Below are positions 10,636 through 22,699 of a stretch of 49,192 nucleotides of DNA, piece by piece. The notes beneath the pieces are model-generated. The model saw only the letters and a list, made by a program, of their open reading frames with translations. It did no database searches and was not told the origin of the DNA. Positions within the stretch are counted from its first letter, which is position 1, and the number at the start of each line of letters is the position of its first letter. This DNA comes from Nemertoderma westbladi. Taxonomy: Eukaryota > Animalia > Xenacoelomorpha. Location: NCBI GenBank assembly GCA_032718475.1, contig JAUCBJ010004450.1, positions 1 to 49,192 of the forward strand, in the 5' to 3' direction. The translations under genes and the position numbers were made by a program.

Positions 10636-10915
10636 AATTCTAGTCGATTAAGATATCGCGGCACCCACCGATATACTTGAAAGACAAATTCTAGAATCAG
10701 TGGTTAACGTCCCCAGACAAGTTCTGGAATAAATTGGTGCCCATCTCAAATATTAATTATTTAATATTTGCAAATCTAATAAATCAAAATCTGTAAAATT
10801 CAGATCCTTCAACAATTCTAGTCAATTAAGATATCGTAGCATTTACCGATATTCTTAAAAAGACAATTTTCATAGAATTAAGGATCTTGTGTCCCCAGAC
10901 ATGTTCTAGAATCAA
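10636..10915 (+). repeat. Duplicated hairpin unit (~178-bp period) in the 3' non-coding region of the element
   Basis: AATTCTAGTC..TTAAGATATCG-loop-CGATAT.CTT.A..GAC....TAGAAT at 10636-10697 and 10814-10879, each followed by GTCCCCAGACA. Confidence 0.7.
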
Positions 10916-11743
10916 AATATGTCAATTTAATTATCAAATAATAAAATTTCAGGGAATAAATTTAAATTCATGCCTTTTAATGAATTTAATAAATTGCCAT
11001 TTTTACGCAATTTATAACATTCCCAAAATTCCATTAATTAATAGATCAAGGGAGCGGAGATTTATCTTATTATGCGTATGAGTGTGCGAAAGTCTCCCAA
11101 ACATAGTCAATAGCCGATAAAATTCATAAAGCCATGTATAAAACAGGACATTGACCATTAAAGAATTACTATTAAATAACATCCCAGATCTGTGTGCATT
11201 GGAATTACCCTAATTCTACCGCTAGCTTTACATAATGTCACCATAGCAACAACCACGCTAGAATTAGAATTGAGTTAAAAGAACAATAGAAAGCTTGTCC
11301 CATTGAATAGCATAGGGAATAAATAGCGCACTGCTAGTATCCAAGGATACATAATAATACAGTGACATTCTGGAAGGCATTGACTAACGGACAAATGGCC
11401 CGAGTGTGTGTAATTTGTGACAAGTTGTGTGTGTGGTATTTGTGAGTTTATAGGCGAATGTTACTACTAAGGTGTGTTTACAGTAGCGAGTCGCAATTGT
11501 GAAAGTAACCCTAACTCTCCAGTAAGAACCTGAAGTATATCTAAGCCTTTGGGACGGACGGTGGAGTGGCTCGTGCTGGTTGTTGTAGTCGATGTGCAGC
11601 TACGACGTTGGCGATAGGCACATCGGCGAAAGGACACCAGCGCTGAGGATCTCGCACTGTCCGGGGGCAGAGAGGGGTAGGCAGCGACGCTCGCTCGCCT
11701 AAATGTAAACTCATTATAATATGGATAAACTCATATAGCAGAT

Positions 11744-13266
11744 ATGATTGAGTTGATAGAAGATGATCTTGGTATCAGGGAGCGATATACTCTACCTTTA
11801 CAAGCATTTGTTGATAGCTTAATACGCGGCGATGCTGGTCCAACTGCTGCGGAGGACGACGGTCGTTATATCGAACCGCCAATGTCCCAAGAGCAGCTCG
11901 CGCGCGAGTTGGACTATAGAAAATTCGCCGCTCGATATACGCAGCGTAATGGTACATATATGGACCTCTTAACTACTGGACATCCTATCGATTTACACGA
12001 TATGGACGATATAGACACCAAAAGGGAAATGGTTCTATTTAAATATCATACCCAGCGGAGGCGGTACAATAAACCGAGAATCGAACATGAGAATTCTATT
12101 CGAAACCGAATCGAAAGTACAGATGTTGAAGAGCGCCGGATAAACGCAGCGACTTCACCAAATACTTGGAATTATTGAGAGAAACCTATCTCGATATTAC
12201 CAGTCAACAGAATCTAGAAACTCGATATCCTCAAGGTATACATCATGACCGCATGGTAGAACTCAAACGGCTCTATTCCACTATGATGTATCTTACCGCC
12301 GATCGACCGCTACCTGTTGTACCGGATAGCTTCGAACGGATGGAGGAGTATTGTAAGCTGGAGAAGGATCACTCGCGTTTCCCCTACAAGACGTGTGTCT
12401 TTGGTGTTATTGTGATGAATGCCCAAGACCCAACCAACAAACAGAAAGACATAAACATCCGCGGAGACGTTGCTTTAAACACGGTTTTACTCGCTATATC
12501 TACGGGAGTTTCGAGCGAAACTTGTTTGATGTATCACCTACGCTCGTTCGACTCAGACGATCCTTAAATAAACCCATGATCAGAGTTCCGGAATACTCGG
12601 TCAGACCTCCTCATTCCCAAGTGAGACCTCAAACTCTCGATCCTAATAGTATGACGGATCCTCCCGAGCTGTACTCACTACTCAAAGATCTAGTGTTACC
12701 TGAACAATTAGTCGGTGGCACCCCGGTTGTGGGCTTCCTAGATATTAACCCATTCTACCTAGACGGATTGTGACGCGGACACCTAATATCACTATCCAAC
12801 CGTATGGTCGTCCCCGTTTAACGCGATACAACCCTTCATCAAGATGAAGGAGAGCGTTGTACGAAACGAGTTAAACGCTATTCTATAAAGATCAAAAAAG
12901 AAACCTGCGTTTGTTCAGATAAACGTAAGTTATAACAGTGAGTCCAATCGATAAACGAATTGGCCTTATCTCAGTTCGATTGGGAAATCTCGAATCTCTA
13001 AGAAGATATCAAGCTTAGAAAACCCTATTCTCTGCGAGAGTTTTGGACGAACGTATCCCATGACAAGCGGAGGAAAATCAGCTCGAGGAGAAGCATATCG
13101 AAATGGACGAGACACCGACCGTAAACCCAAACCTTCTAATGCAATTGTATTGCACCCTTTACCCAGGAGTTATAGCCTTTCTAGTAAAGTGGCTCGCCCC
13201 AAAGAGAAAAGGACTCTTGCTGGCCTCGGGAAACTGCGTGAACGCCGTCCGCGCAAGAAAAACTAA
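11744..13266 (+). pseudogene. Accessory ORF region of unknown function in the env position (frameshifted or decayed)
   Basis: Chain of coding-like, same-strand ORFs 11744-12178, 12166-12567, ~12576-12773 and 13060-13266. The last frame is kept through a 3-nt indel in the related copy at ~22700-22842. Confidence 0.5.
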
Positions 13267-13344
13267 CTGTTTAGAGTATCTTTATGTTTTAGAAACTGTG
13301 ATTTTTATATTTTATAGACTGAAAATCCCATTTTCTGGGAGCGG

Positions 13345-14582
13345 TGTAAAAGCTTTTGCTGAATTGCCCGGTTATTATTCCTTATTTTTCCCGTAAAATA
13401 CTCTGTAGTTGGTTTAATAGGCGTAAGAGGCCGTATTATTGCTGTATCGGTGTTTTTAGAGGATCTAAGAGCTATTTCTTCCGTATGCGTACTGTGGAAG
13501 GCATAGTTGATGATTCTATGGCAATTCCGTGACGCAAAAGGGGCTAGATACTCTTGAACAGTAGTTACTATGACGACGGTTAACAGCTGATATTCATACG
13601 TGTTGATTTTCTTTGTTCTACGGCATCTCTCAGTTCAGTCAACCAATCAGAGCGTTTTTACTGTTCTTGTACAGAAATTTCCTAGAAATCACGCAATGCT
13701 TTATGGGCAGTGTTTACATTCTGTCCTGAGCCAGGAGAGAGCGGCTTTGGAATATTTTTGTGCTTTTCTGTTTTAGCCTAACACTAGTAGGCTTAATTAT
13801 AAGGACATATATCCGTTATCAAATCAAAACAAACCAACCATCACACTGGTTAACTGGCCCATACTCAATCAACGCAACATACCTAATCTAATATACCTGT
13901 GCATACTTTTATATTGTTATACTGCTATTTACTGTCGGTTCTTCATAATATGGTTGATGAATTATTATATTTGGAATAACGATAAATAACCCTGAAACCC
14001 CAATATTCTTGATATACCGAAGGTAAGAGAGAAAGGTTACATATAACGATTGTGACTTATGTTGAGTGGTTTGAAGTGAATCTAATGTTATTTGATAGAC
14101 CCTACATGAGTCGGTCCGTGTTCCTTTTATATGTGACTAAAATCAGTGAAGATCGGCAGATCAGTGTGCAGTATTGTGCAGCATTGTGTATGAGTGAGAC
14201 TGATAACGAAGCATTTCCTAAAGAATGCGCCATATATGTGAATTGTAACTAAGCCATATCGTTGCGTGTAGTTTAAGTCATAGCTCTGTTTATATAGATA
14301 GAGCGCCACGTCCTAAAGGAACTGTTAATATTTCCCGAAGGTGAATAATATTGTCAGAGATTATAATACTGTCAGTCGAATAATACATTAGGCTTACATA
14401 GCAATACGATTAAGCTGTCGAAATCAATCTCCCGGGTATATCCAACGGGTGAATGATCGCGCACAGATTGGTTTCAACTAGTGTAGTGAATCAAATACTT
14501 GTCAGAGGCTAAAAGCGATTTATTATCTAGAAGACATCCTAATTTGGCGGGTTAAACTGCCAAAGGTCTGAAAGCGCGAACA
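13345..14582 (+). repeat. 3' LTR (1238 bp)
   Basis: TG...CA, preceded by the PPT-like GGGAGCGG and followed by the TSD GAAAC. Confidence 0.95.
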
Positions 14583-15212
14583 GAAACTTCTTAGCCAGTC
14601 TTCCAGAACATGAAAAGTGGCAACGGATGATGCGGTTAGAGATTTGGTCTATTTTGTCCAATGCTGCTCGTGCAGTTGGATTTATCAATAGACCAATTCC
14701 ACCATTGCCACTAATCAGAACCTCATCAGTCTGTCCAGTCTGCATTCGGTGCTCTTGAACACCCACTGCAATAAGAGAAAGCTTATCTGCCAACGCAGTC
14801 AGCTCACCTTGTCGTATTGGGGATCCGAGTGTTAGCATCAACTGAGGCTAGTCTAGTAACTTGCCCCAGGTTTACCAATGGCTTGGTTGGTCGGCGTGGA
14901 ACATGAGAACAGCCTCCAACTCCAACACCCTTCTCCCCTCACAATTTGGCCTCCCTGGTGACCCAAGGTTGGGCCAGAAAGATCATCAGGAAAGGGAGTC
15001 ACATAATTGTCGGCCGCTCTCTCTCCAGTAGGAGGTGAGACAGGCAGCAGGTCAGGAGATAACTCACGACTGTGAGGCCAATTGTGTCCGGTAATTCCAC
15101 TGGCCTCTAGTAGTGGCCGGACACCCCTGTGGAATGGTATTTGCCCTGAGAGCTGAGTCGGCAAAAAAGCACCCCCAACCCCCAGTATGGATTTGGATTA
15201 AAATAATAATGC
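14583..15212 (-). mobile_element. RTE-clade LINE 5' portion (UTR plus start of APE endonuclease), interrupted by the LTR element
   Basis: Minus-strand translation LSLIAVGVQEHR...GGIGLLI...ISNRII matches the start of an APE endonuclease. Confidence 0.75.
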
Positions 15213-15308
15213 AGAGGGCATTATTATTTTAATCCAAATCCATACTGGGGGTTGGGGTGCTTTTTTGCCGACTCAGCTTTCAGGGCAAATGCCATTACAC
15301 AGGGTGTG
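15121..15308. repeat. ~90-bp-arm inverted repeat with a 5-nt spacer
   Basis: 15121-15212 is the near-perfect reverse complement of 15218-15308; the spacer is AGAGG. Confidence 0.9.
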
Positions 15309-15849
15309 TGTCGCAGTGGAGTAAGACATGGGGCCCATCACCCATACCTACTATGATGCACATGACTCACCATTGGCTATGCAGCTCATCTGCTGGGCCA
15401 TGTCTTGCACCCATGCTGTCATGTGCAGGTCACTGGAGTGCACAAAAATTGGAGATGAATGTACACTACTCCTGATCAGCAATTGGTATATCACCATCTG
15501 TCTGTCTAGGCCATATAACCCTGCAGCCAATCGGAGTATATGGGACCTTAATCCTCTTTCAGAGGGCGTCCTTACCTCAGAACAAAGGGGTCCAGTTACA
15601 GCACCAGATTTGCCCTTATTAAGATGGTCTATGCAGCCACAGGTGGCACCTCCTTTATGCTGCATGTCTTGATAAATGACCTAGAACACCTGATCTGACC
15701 CCTTTAATATTGTGAATACTATTAGTACCGGGGGTAGTTATTAGTTACTGTCCATCAACACTGGATGCTGCATCAGAAACAATAAATAGTTCAACTGATG
15801 GATATGGTAGAATGAATGACCGGCTTGTATTGATACAAACTTGGGATCA

Positions 15850-16330
15850 TTGAAAGGCTGTTATATCAGAGTCAGTCCGTGTGATACAGTTATGTGTCTT
15901 ATTCTTAAGTCAAGTAGGGTAAATATAATTAATGCTGATAACATGTGGGAGAAACAATTTAAGTACCTTGAAGTCCAATTTTTAACTGAAGAGAATGCAC
16001 AGTTGAGATTGGTGCTCAACTAGCAAGGGAGGATGTAATTTGAGGGGATGCAATAATAATATTATGACAATGAACATTGACAGCCCACAAGAAATAGGGC
16101 TTAATCTCCAGGGATGGCTTGATATGTCATATGACTCCTATGTCCAACATTGGAGGTATTTCAATAGCTTCCCCACTATTGAGACTTGAACTGTTTCATA
16201 TCGGCTTTGCTTGACATTCCGTTCACTCTGATGACCAGCCAGTGCAGAAACTTGTGCTTTGGCGGCCTCATTGAGTGACTACGCTTTGTGGACAGCCTAT
16301 GACTTTCTTGAGACGCCTCTTAAAGTACAC
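15850..16330 (+). mobile_element. Degenerate RTE LINE RT / 3' fragments
   Basis: 16200-16330 aligns with 28195-28330 (GACCAGCCAGTGCA...GGACAGCC.ATGACTTTCTTGAGACGC). A QFKYL-like motif lies near 15955. Confidence 0.65.
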
Positions 16331-18473
16331 TGCAAAGTGGGTCAAGATCGGTTAAAATAGGCAAAATCCAATGTGCTCAAATACTTTTTTCAATGAAACC
16401 ATTCGATTCGACATATCGGAAAACCTCGGAAAACATACTTTATTTCTAAATTTTCATGTCCGGGATTGTTCCTATGAGTACAGTATGCCCGCATGAAGGT
16501 ATGATTCATATTTCATATCAAATATTTACTAGTTTCATTGCAAATATATACTAAAAGAGATATTCATTATAAATTCAAAAATATCTTTAAAAAATATGTT
16601 CTAGAAATTTTGGGATCAAAATTTCTTGATGATAGGCCTTGTTACACCCCAAGCTGCCATTCAAATGAAAGACCAACATATATATAGAATAAAATTATAG
16701 CAAAACCTAGTTGCCCCAATGTGCCCCTAAATTACACTTCTTTTGTGAGTCCCATCACATGTTGCAATCAAGAACCTGAAATTTATAGATTCGATATTAT
16801 TTAGGGTCATAAGGGCTAATGGAACTACAATACTAACAGGCTATTCGGCAACGTAAAATATCGAATATCTCCAGTATTGAATAATACAGATATGCCTTTG
16901 TTTCTTTCACAATGTAAACAAGCTCCGGTTGTTCTATGCTGATAATACAATCTGCAAGTATATAATATAAAATTTCTTCAGAGTTACAAAATACATCATA
17001 TTACATCACTAAATCAGAGACAGGCAGAGACAGAGATAGATCCCGATATTCGTTCTATGCTGTAGTTAGGATATTTGGTGCTACTGTAGTACATTAAAAC
17101 TCTAATTAATTCGGTGACATTTAATTTAATTGATAAGTTCTATACAGTAGATATGAATTAATATACAGTATGTTAAGTATAATTGGCTCTATAATACTTG
17201 TAATGTGGCCTAGATAACGGTACCGGTCATTCAGTCAGTGCATTTGCAGTTTTTCGGTAAATTTGTGTTACTCTTATTAGCCTGATAAAGCCCTGTGGGT
17301 GAAAGCTAGTTTAAACTGTTGTTTTTATTTTGTCACTCGAGGTCTCCCAACACTAAATATATTTAATCAAAAAGGATATTGAATTCAAAATAGGATATTT
17401 TTGGAATGGGTCCGAATTGTCTCGGTGAAAATGGTTCGGTACCCAATTGGACTGACTTTACTGTAACTTTAACTAATGTGACTATCACTAACGTCACTAT
17501 CAATCAATCGAACACTTTCTAGATCACTGCTACAGTACAGTTGTTAACCTTCTACCTTTATATATGTGTAGGTGACCAATAATACCAACCGTGTAATTGT
17601 TTTGGCGGCACTAAAGTATGTAATATACCACGAGTTAACACCTTGATGATTTGTAGCCCAACTTGCTCCATTGTTATACATTGCTTGAGTACAGGCAAAG
17701 TTAGAGTCGAAAATCGAAGAAGCTGAGCAAGTAGAGGGAGTGAGTCTGACCTCTACAAAGGCAAAAATATTAAAATAATTTCACAAATTTATTCAGATAC
17801 TAAAAGTTTTTTTATATTAAATGTGACGGGATCCTGGAGTTGGCAGTATGGATCCCGACCGGTGTGTTGTTTGGATTATATGCGTCGCCGCGTCCGTGGG
17901 CTGCTGAAAGGCCTGATATCTGAGTCTGGTAAGGCCGTAGGCCGGTCGAATAAAAACCAATAGAGTTTTAGTGACAGTTGTTCGTAATGTCAGAATATAA
18001 TAATAGCACAATCAGAATATAATAATCAGCACGGTAATGATGACGGTTAAAAGCCGTTCCGGTCCCACAACTCTACACATACCAACTGAATCATAGGCAA
18101 TAAATACAACGGTTATATTATCAACACCTATTGGTTACTCCTCCTACTGATCTAAGTGGCCTGGCCAATGGATACACTTCAATTACAAGGTTTCCCATCC
18201 CATCATTGGCTGACCTATTTTATCTCCACTTCGACACTCCCTGTTGCCACTATCCCTTGTTTCTAGCCCCTTTGTCCCCTTGAGATGGCTTACGGCCTCT
18301 CAACTCTGATCGTGGCTGGCAATGTGTATTGCCTAAGTTGGTTATTAGGTGACATTATATTAGTAATGTCACCTTTCCAACTAATTGGCAAAAAGCCACT
18401 TTCACCATTTTCCACTGGGTAGTGCAGGGAATTGAATCCGCTTACATTAAAACTCTGAATAGTATATTATATT

Positions 18474-19027
18474 CACCATGACCCGTACTAGTGTCATTTT
18501 CTGATGACACGGACCCCCCTCCAGATTATTCTAAAAATCTTTATCATATTGCTTAAAATTTGAAACACAACTAGTTCAACTCACCGTCGATGTCCCCATG
18601 AAGCCGGAATAATTAGCGATTTTGAGTTTATTTTTTTAATAAGCGTTTTAAAAATGTGTCATTGCGAAATCGCACCATCCGTGCCGTGGCCATTCTTTAC
18701 ATTCGTCGCAATTGTTTCATATAATTCGCAGAATTATCGTTCGCTTAATCCCATTTAATATATTTAATAAATACGCAAAATTCTAGAACGTGTTATATAT
18801 TTTATTTTAGTAGTTAGGCAACAGCGGTATACCTATACAATACCTATATTGCATAGCTATTCATACGTAAACAAAATGTCCCAGAACATGGTATGTCTAA
18901 CATTGAATATAATAAATGGTCTTCAGCGAAGGAGTAGAGCTGGTTGTCTATAAAATTGTTGAAAAATTTTGATGGGGGAGCATCCGTGTCAAACCATCAC
19001 TCACACTTAATATTACTTGTCATGGTG
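18474..19027. mobile_element. Degenerate MITE related in architecture to the TA-flanked foldback MITEs
   Basis: Termini CACCATGAC...GTCATGGTG-TA, with internal GACACGGA/TCCGTGTC inverted match and AAATTTGAAACA motif. Confidence 0.5.
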
Positions 19028-22000
19028 TATTCAGGTAGTGGCGGATTGACCGCAGGTTAAAATAAATAAACTCCAGCGCAAATTGACCACCATTGAAATA
19101 TAGTTTGCTTTATTATTTTGCTTAAAAATTACCATAAAACAGCTCCTTTACATAAATGTTTTAATAATATATTACATTAAGTTTCTAAACGCATTAATAA
19201 CCGACCATTTTCGAAAGTACTACACAGTCCTTATTGAAAATGGAGATTGAAGACAACATAAACTCGCATTGTACTAATGTTGTCCTACACACAGTAGTAG
19301 GTACTTACTTTACCTTGATAAAGGTAGGTAAGTTATTTGTTATTAGATTCTGCCTCTAGCTGAGCTTATTGTAAGGGTCCAGTAGTATACCACTATTAAA
19401 CCCTATGTACCTTTTCAAGTACCGAAAAGTAACACCGCACACACACGGCGTAAAACAAAGTGCTACAAACTAACTGTTAGCTAGTCAAAGATTAAATACG
19501 AAAGTACTAGCTACCCTAAAAGCCTACTGAAGCAGGGGACGTTCTAAATTACTAAATTTACTAACCTTAGTTTTTAAATATCTCCTACTTACAATAGCTA
19601 ACAGATCTAAACTATACTATACGCTACGGTAGAAGTACTATACACTAATTTCAGAATTTGTATAATATACTTCCTACTGTAAGGGTCCAGTAGTATACCG
19701 CTTACCAGATCCTAGTAACGATGTATCTTACTATGAGACTCTAGTAATGTATACGGGCTCGTACAGTATCTGACAACAAATCCCAGTCCAGGATATCTAA
19801 ACAAACAGATACAGTACACAAACGACTACTGGCGAGGAACAGAGCCTTGTATCTATTCTATGTACGTGAGCGGGTCTAATGCCTACGTACTAGACAGAAG
19901 GATACCTGTCCTCTAACCGGTGAGGCAGATGTACAGTTACAGTAACAGACCAAACTCACGGGAAAACAATCCCCGCGCAGCGAATCCTAACTATCACTGA
20001 CAGTCCTAAATACAGTAACTTGCCGCGATGTGATTTATATGGTTTATACGAGCTAGTGGGTTAACAGACCTAGCGTAACAACACTGACAGTCCTAAATCA
20101 GTCGAAAAGGGGTCGTACCTAAATGTAACGATAACTGATCCCCCTGTACGAAATCAGTCTAAAGGGTCAAGCCTAAATGTAACAATACCGTTGTCCAGAC
20201 AAACAACAGTTTAATAACGAAAGTGAAATACTCCTTATTGTGCCGCAACTAAATCAGATCCTAATTTTACAAATACAAATAATTTCCACCTAAAGTAATG
20301 TATAGTACGCTATAGCTAGTAGAACTTTAAGGGCGATATGTTTTAGGGCGTGTGTGTGTGGGTGTGTTACAAATAAAACAATTTCGTGTAATTCCTTTTA
20401 CTAGGTTTTAGTGATTTTCTGACTAAATGATACCGTGCGCTAGCTACTAAAATAAACTAGTCGCGTTTGTAGAACTTTATACTCACGAATGACGTCAAAG
20501 CTCTCTCCTTCCTATCCACAACCCAATGGGCAACCACAGTGTTAGTAACTACACCCGTGATCGGCACTAATACCAGATTCTGGTTGTAAGATAAGAATAG
20601 GGGTTAATCGCTACCGTACGTTAGCTGATCTGGTATACTAATTTAATTCTAGAACTTTGTTGCTGCGGTAGTTAGCAGCAATACCTATCAGTACGTGGCA
20701 AGGCGCGGTAGGATATTAATAAACCTCCCTAGGCCAAGCAGTGTGCCGGTAGCAGAAATGCTCCTTGCCTGATCAAATAGCTAACTCCAGACAGGGGGGG
20801 GGGGGTACTAATGTACGTTCTACAAAGCAAACTGGTACCAAACAGTCAGTGCTACGAATCACTAAATTATGGAACATATGCTGTCCGTACCTAATGTGTA
20901 CTCGCGTACTGACGAATGGCAATAGTTCGCACCTGTAGGAAGTACAGGTTAACCCAGGGGTTCGTAGGACTTGACAAAGGGGGGGGTTGTCTGGATATAA
21001 TTATTTGATCCTAAATTTGCGGCGTCCAGTACGATGTCACGCTTACCCTGATCTATAGGTCTTATGGCGGGCAAGGGCGTCGAACAAAGTCTTACCTTCT
21101 CACAAAGCGGGCGCTGCATAGCAAGTGGAGTATTTCGAAGGGGCAAAGGGGGTGCGCGGTCGATCCAATGTGGGCGCTAGCGTGTTGTGGACATCCCTTC
21201 CCTGCGTTGCTTACGGCCTAACGATCTAGGCTGCCATCTCCCTGGTGTTCGGCTGTCCCGAAGTCGGACCAAAAGAAAACATGTCAGGAAATTGCAGTAT
21301 ATTTACAGTTTTACAAAAGGATTTATCAAATAAAGTTTCAACAAGAAACCGAATTAACTAATTTTACAAGAATAAACGATGAAGTATAAGGTGATAATAA
21401 CGACGTGAGAGTGATAACATGATAACCGAAGGCAAACCGGCCTTTTATACTAGAAATTGCACATGGAAACTAAACAGAATTTTCCACAGCTTCACATTTG
21501 AGCATTAAAGTGCTTCGTGCCCTATGATTGGCCCAGCTCATCGTTCAACGCAGTCCAGCCCTTACACTAATCTGGGACATGGAATCCTAACAGAATTTTC
21601 CACTGCCTCACATTTGAGCAATAAGACAAGCTGGCAAGCCTGGAAGGTTCACGGTCCTCCTACTTAATCAGTACAATAATAATACGTTTTCGTTCGGGTA
21701 GGCCTATGTTTCCTTTTCACTTGTTCCCATCGTAGGCGACCTCATGCTCCTGTGCTCATCCCACCACGACCACGACCACCAGTTACGAGTTGGGTAGGCG
21801 TCTACCGGCAACCGGTAAGTAATTACGCGCCACACGACGTCATCCCGCCATCCGCCAACATTTATACTGGTACGGTAAGCCTACCACCTACCGGCTGGCT
21901 ACCATCGCACCGTAGGTCTACCGCCTACGCCTACCGGTCAACCGGTAACGGTAGGCTACCGCGTACCGGTACAGCGGTACTCAAAGTCGTACCGGTATTG

Positions 22001-22323
22001 TCGTAATTGACAAATGCAGGATTAAACCGTAACCCGTTCCAGTACCGGTACCATATGCATCTGAACGACTGGACGGTTAATCTCATAGCATAGCTGCATA
22101 GGCCTACTGGTAGTCAGTGCGAAGTCGCCTGCGAACATGGCGAAATATTATATTTACTGCTAGGGCTAGGCTAGGACCTACTGCTGTACTGACCTATGAC
22201 AGTATGAAGATAGGCAGATAGGCCTACAGTGGTCAGGTAGTACCGGTCCGGTATGCCTACTACAGGCAGACAATCAGACAGTACTAGCAGTGCTAATTAA
22301 TTACCTTAATTAAATCTTCAATT

Positions 22324-22693
22324 AGGTCATAATGTAGGTCCAAATTTAAAAATCGGCCTCCGTTAATCGATTTACAAATAATTCAGGTACCTCCATGCCA
22401 AATATCAGAATCATTCATTGCGTTCCCTATGACAAGATAGCTTTTTCCTAAACCATGCGAAAACACGCAAATATAGCGCTCACATCGCACAAATACCATC
22501 TCGACACCCAATTTTTTGTATGAGCCTTCGCCATCCCTATATCTAACTTTTGTCCAAATTTTGTTTCGATTGATTAATAAATAACTGAGATATCGCTCTG
22601 GACACACACACACACACACACACACACTAACACACACACACACACACATTACGGTAATAATGGTCACCTATGTCAAGGACCGTGAACCAATAA
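22324..22693. mobile_element. (CA)n-microsatellite-bearing non-autonomous element, DINE-1/Helentron-like
   Basis: Core ending AACTGAGATATCGC.GGAC(AC)n followed by a short imperfect hairpin. Family assignment is by architecture only. Confidence 0.4.
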
Positions 22694-22699
22694 TTTATG

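Larger units (their letters stand above)
7..14582 (+). mobile_element. Full-length, non-autonomous BEL/Pao LTR retrotransposon (gag-protease only)
   Basis: TG...CA LTRs at 7-2809 and 13345-14582. Identical 5-bp flanks GAAAC at 2-6 and 14583-14587 (TSD). Purine tract GGGAGCGG abuts the 3' LTR. Internal ORF has BEL/Pao Gag, triple zinc knuckle and aspartic protease. Confidence 0.95.

Noticed and set aside
13103-13396. 97-aa ORF running into the 3' LTR (also 22697-22972)
   Set aside because: It crosses the PPT/LTR boundary. The overlapping frame ending at 13266 is the more plausible coding frame, though this is not proven.
15060-15170. HDV-like ribozyme at the RTE 5' end
   Set aside because: A strong hairpin (GTGTCCGG/CCGGACAC) is present, but I could not build P1/P1.1/P3 of the double pseudoknot by eye.
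17570-17935. Possible small plus-strand exons with GT donors
   Set aside because: Could not be joined in frame and no recognisable protein.
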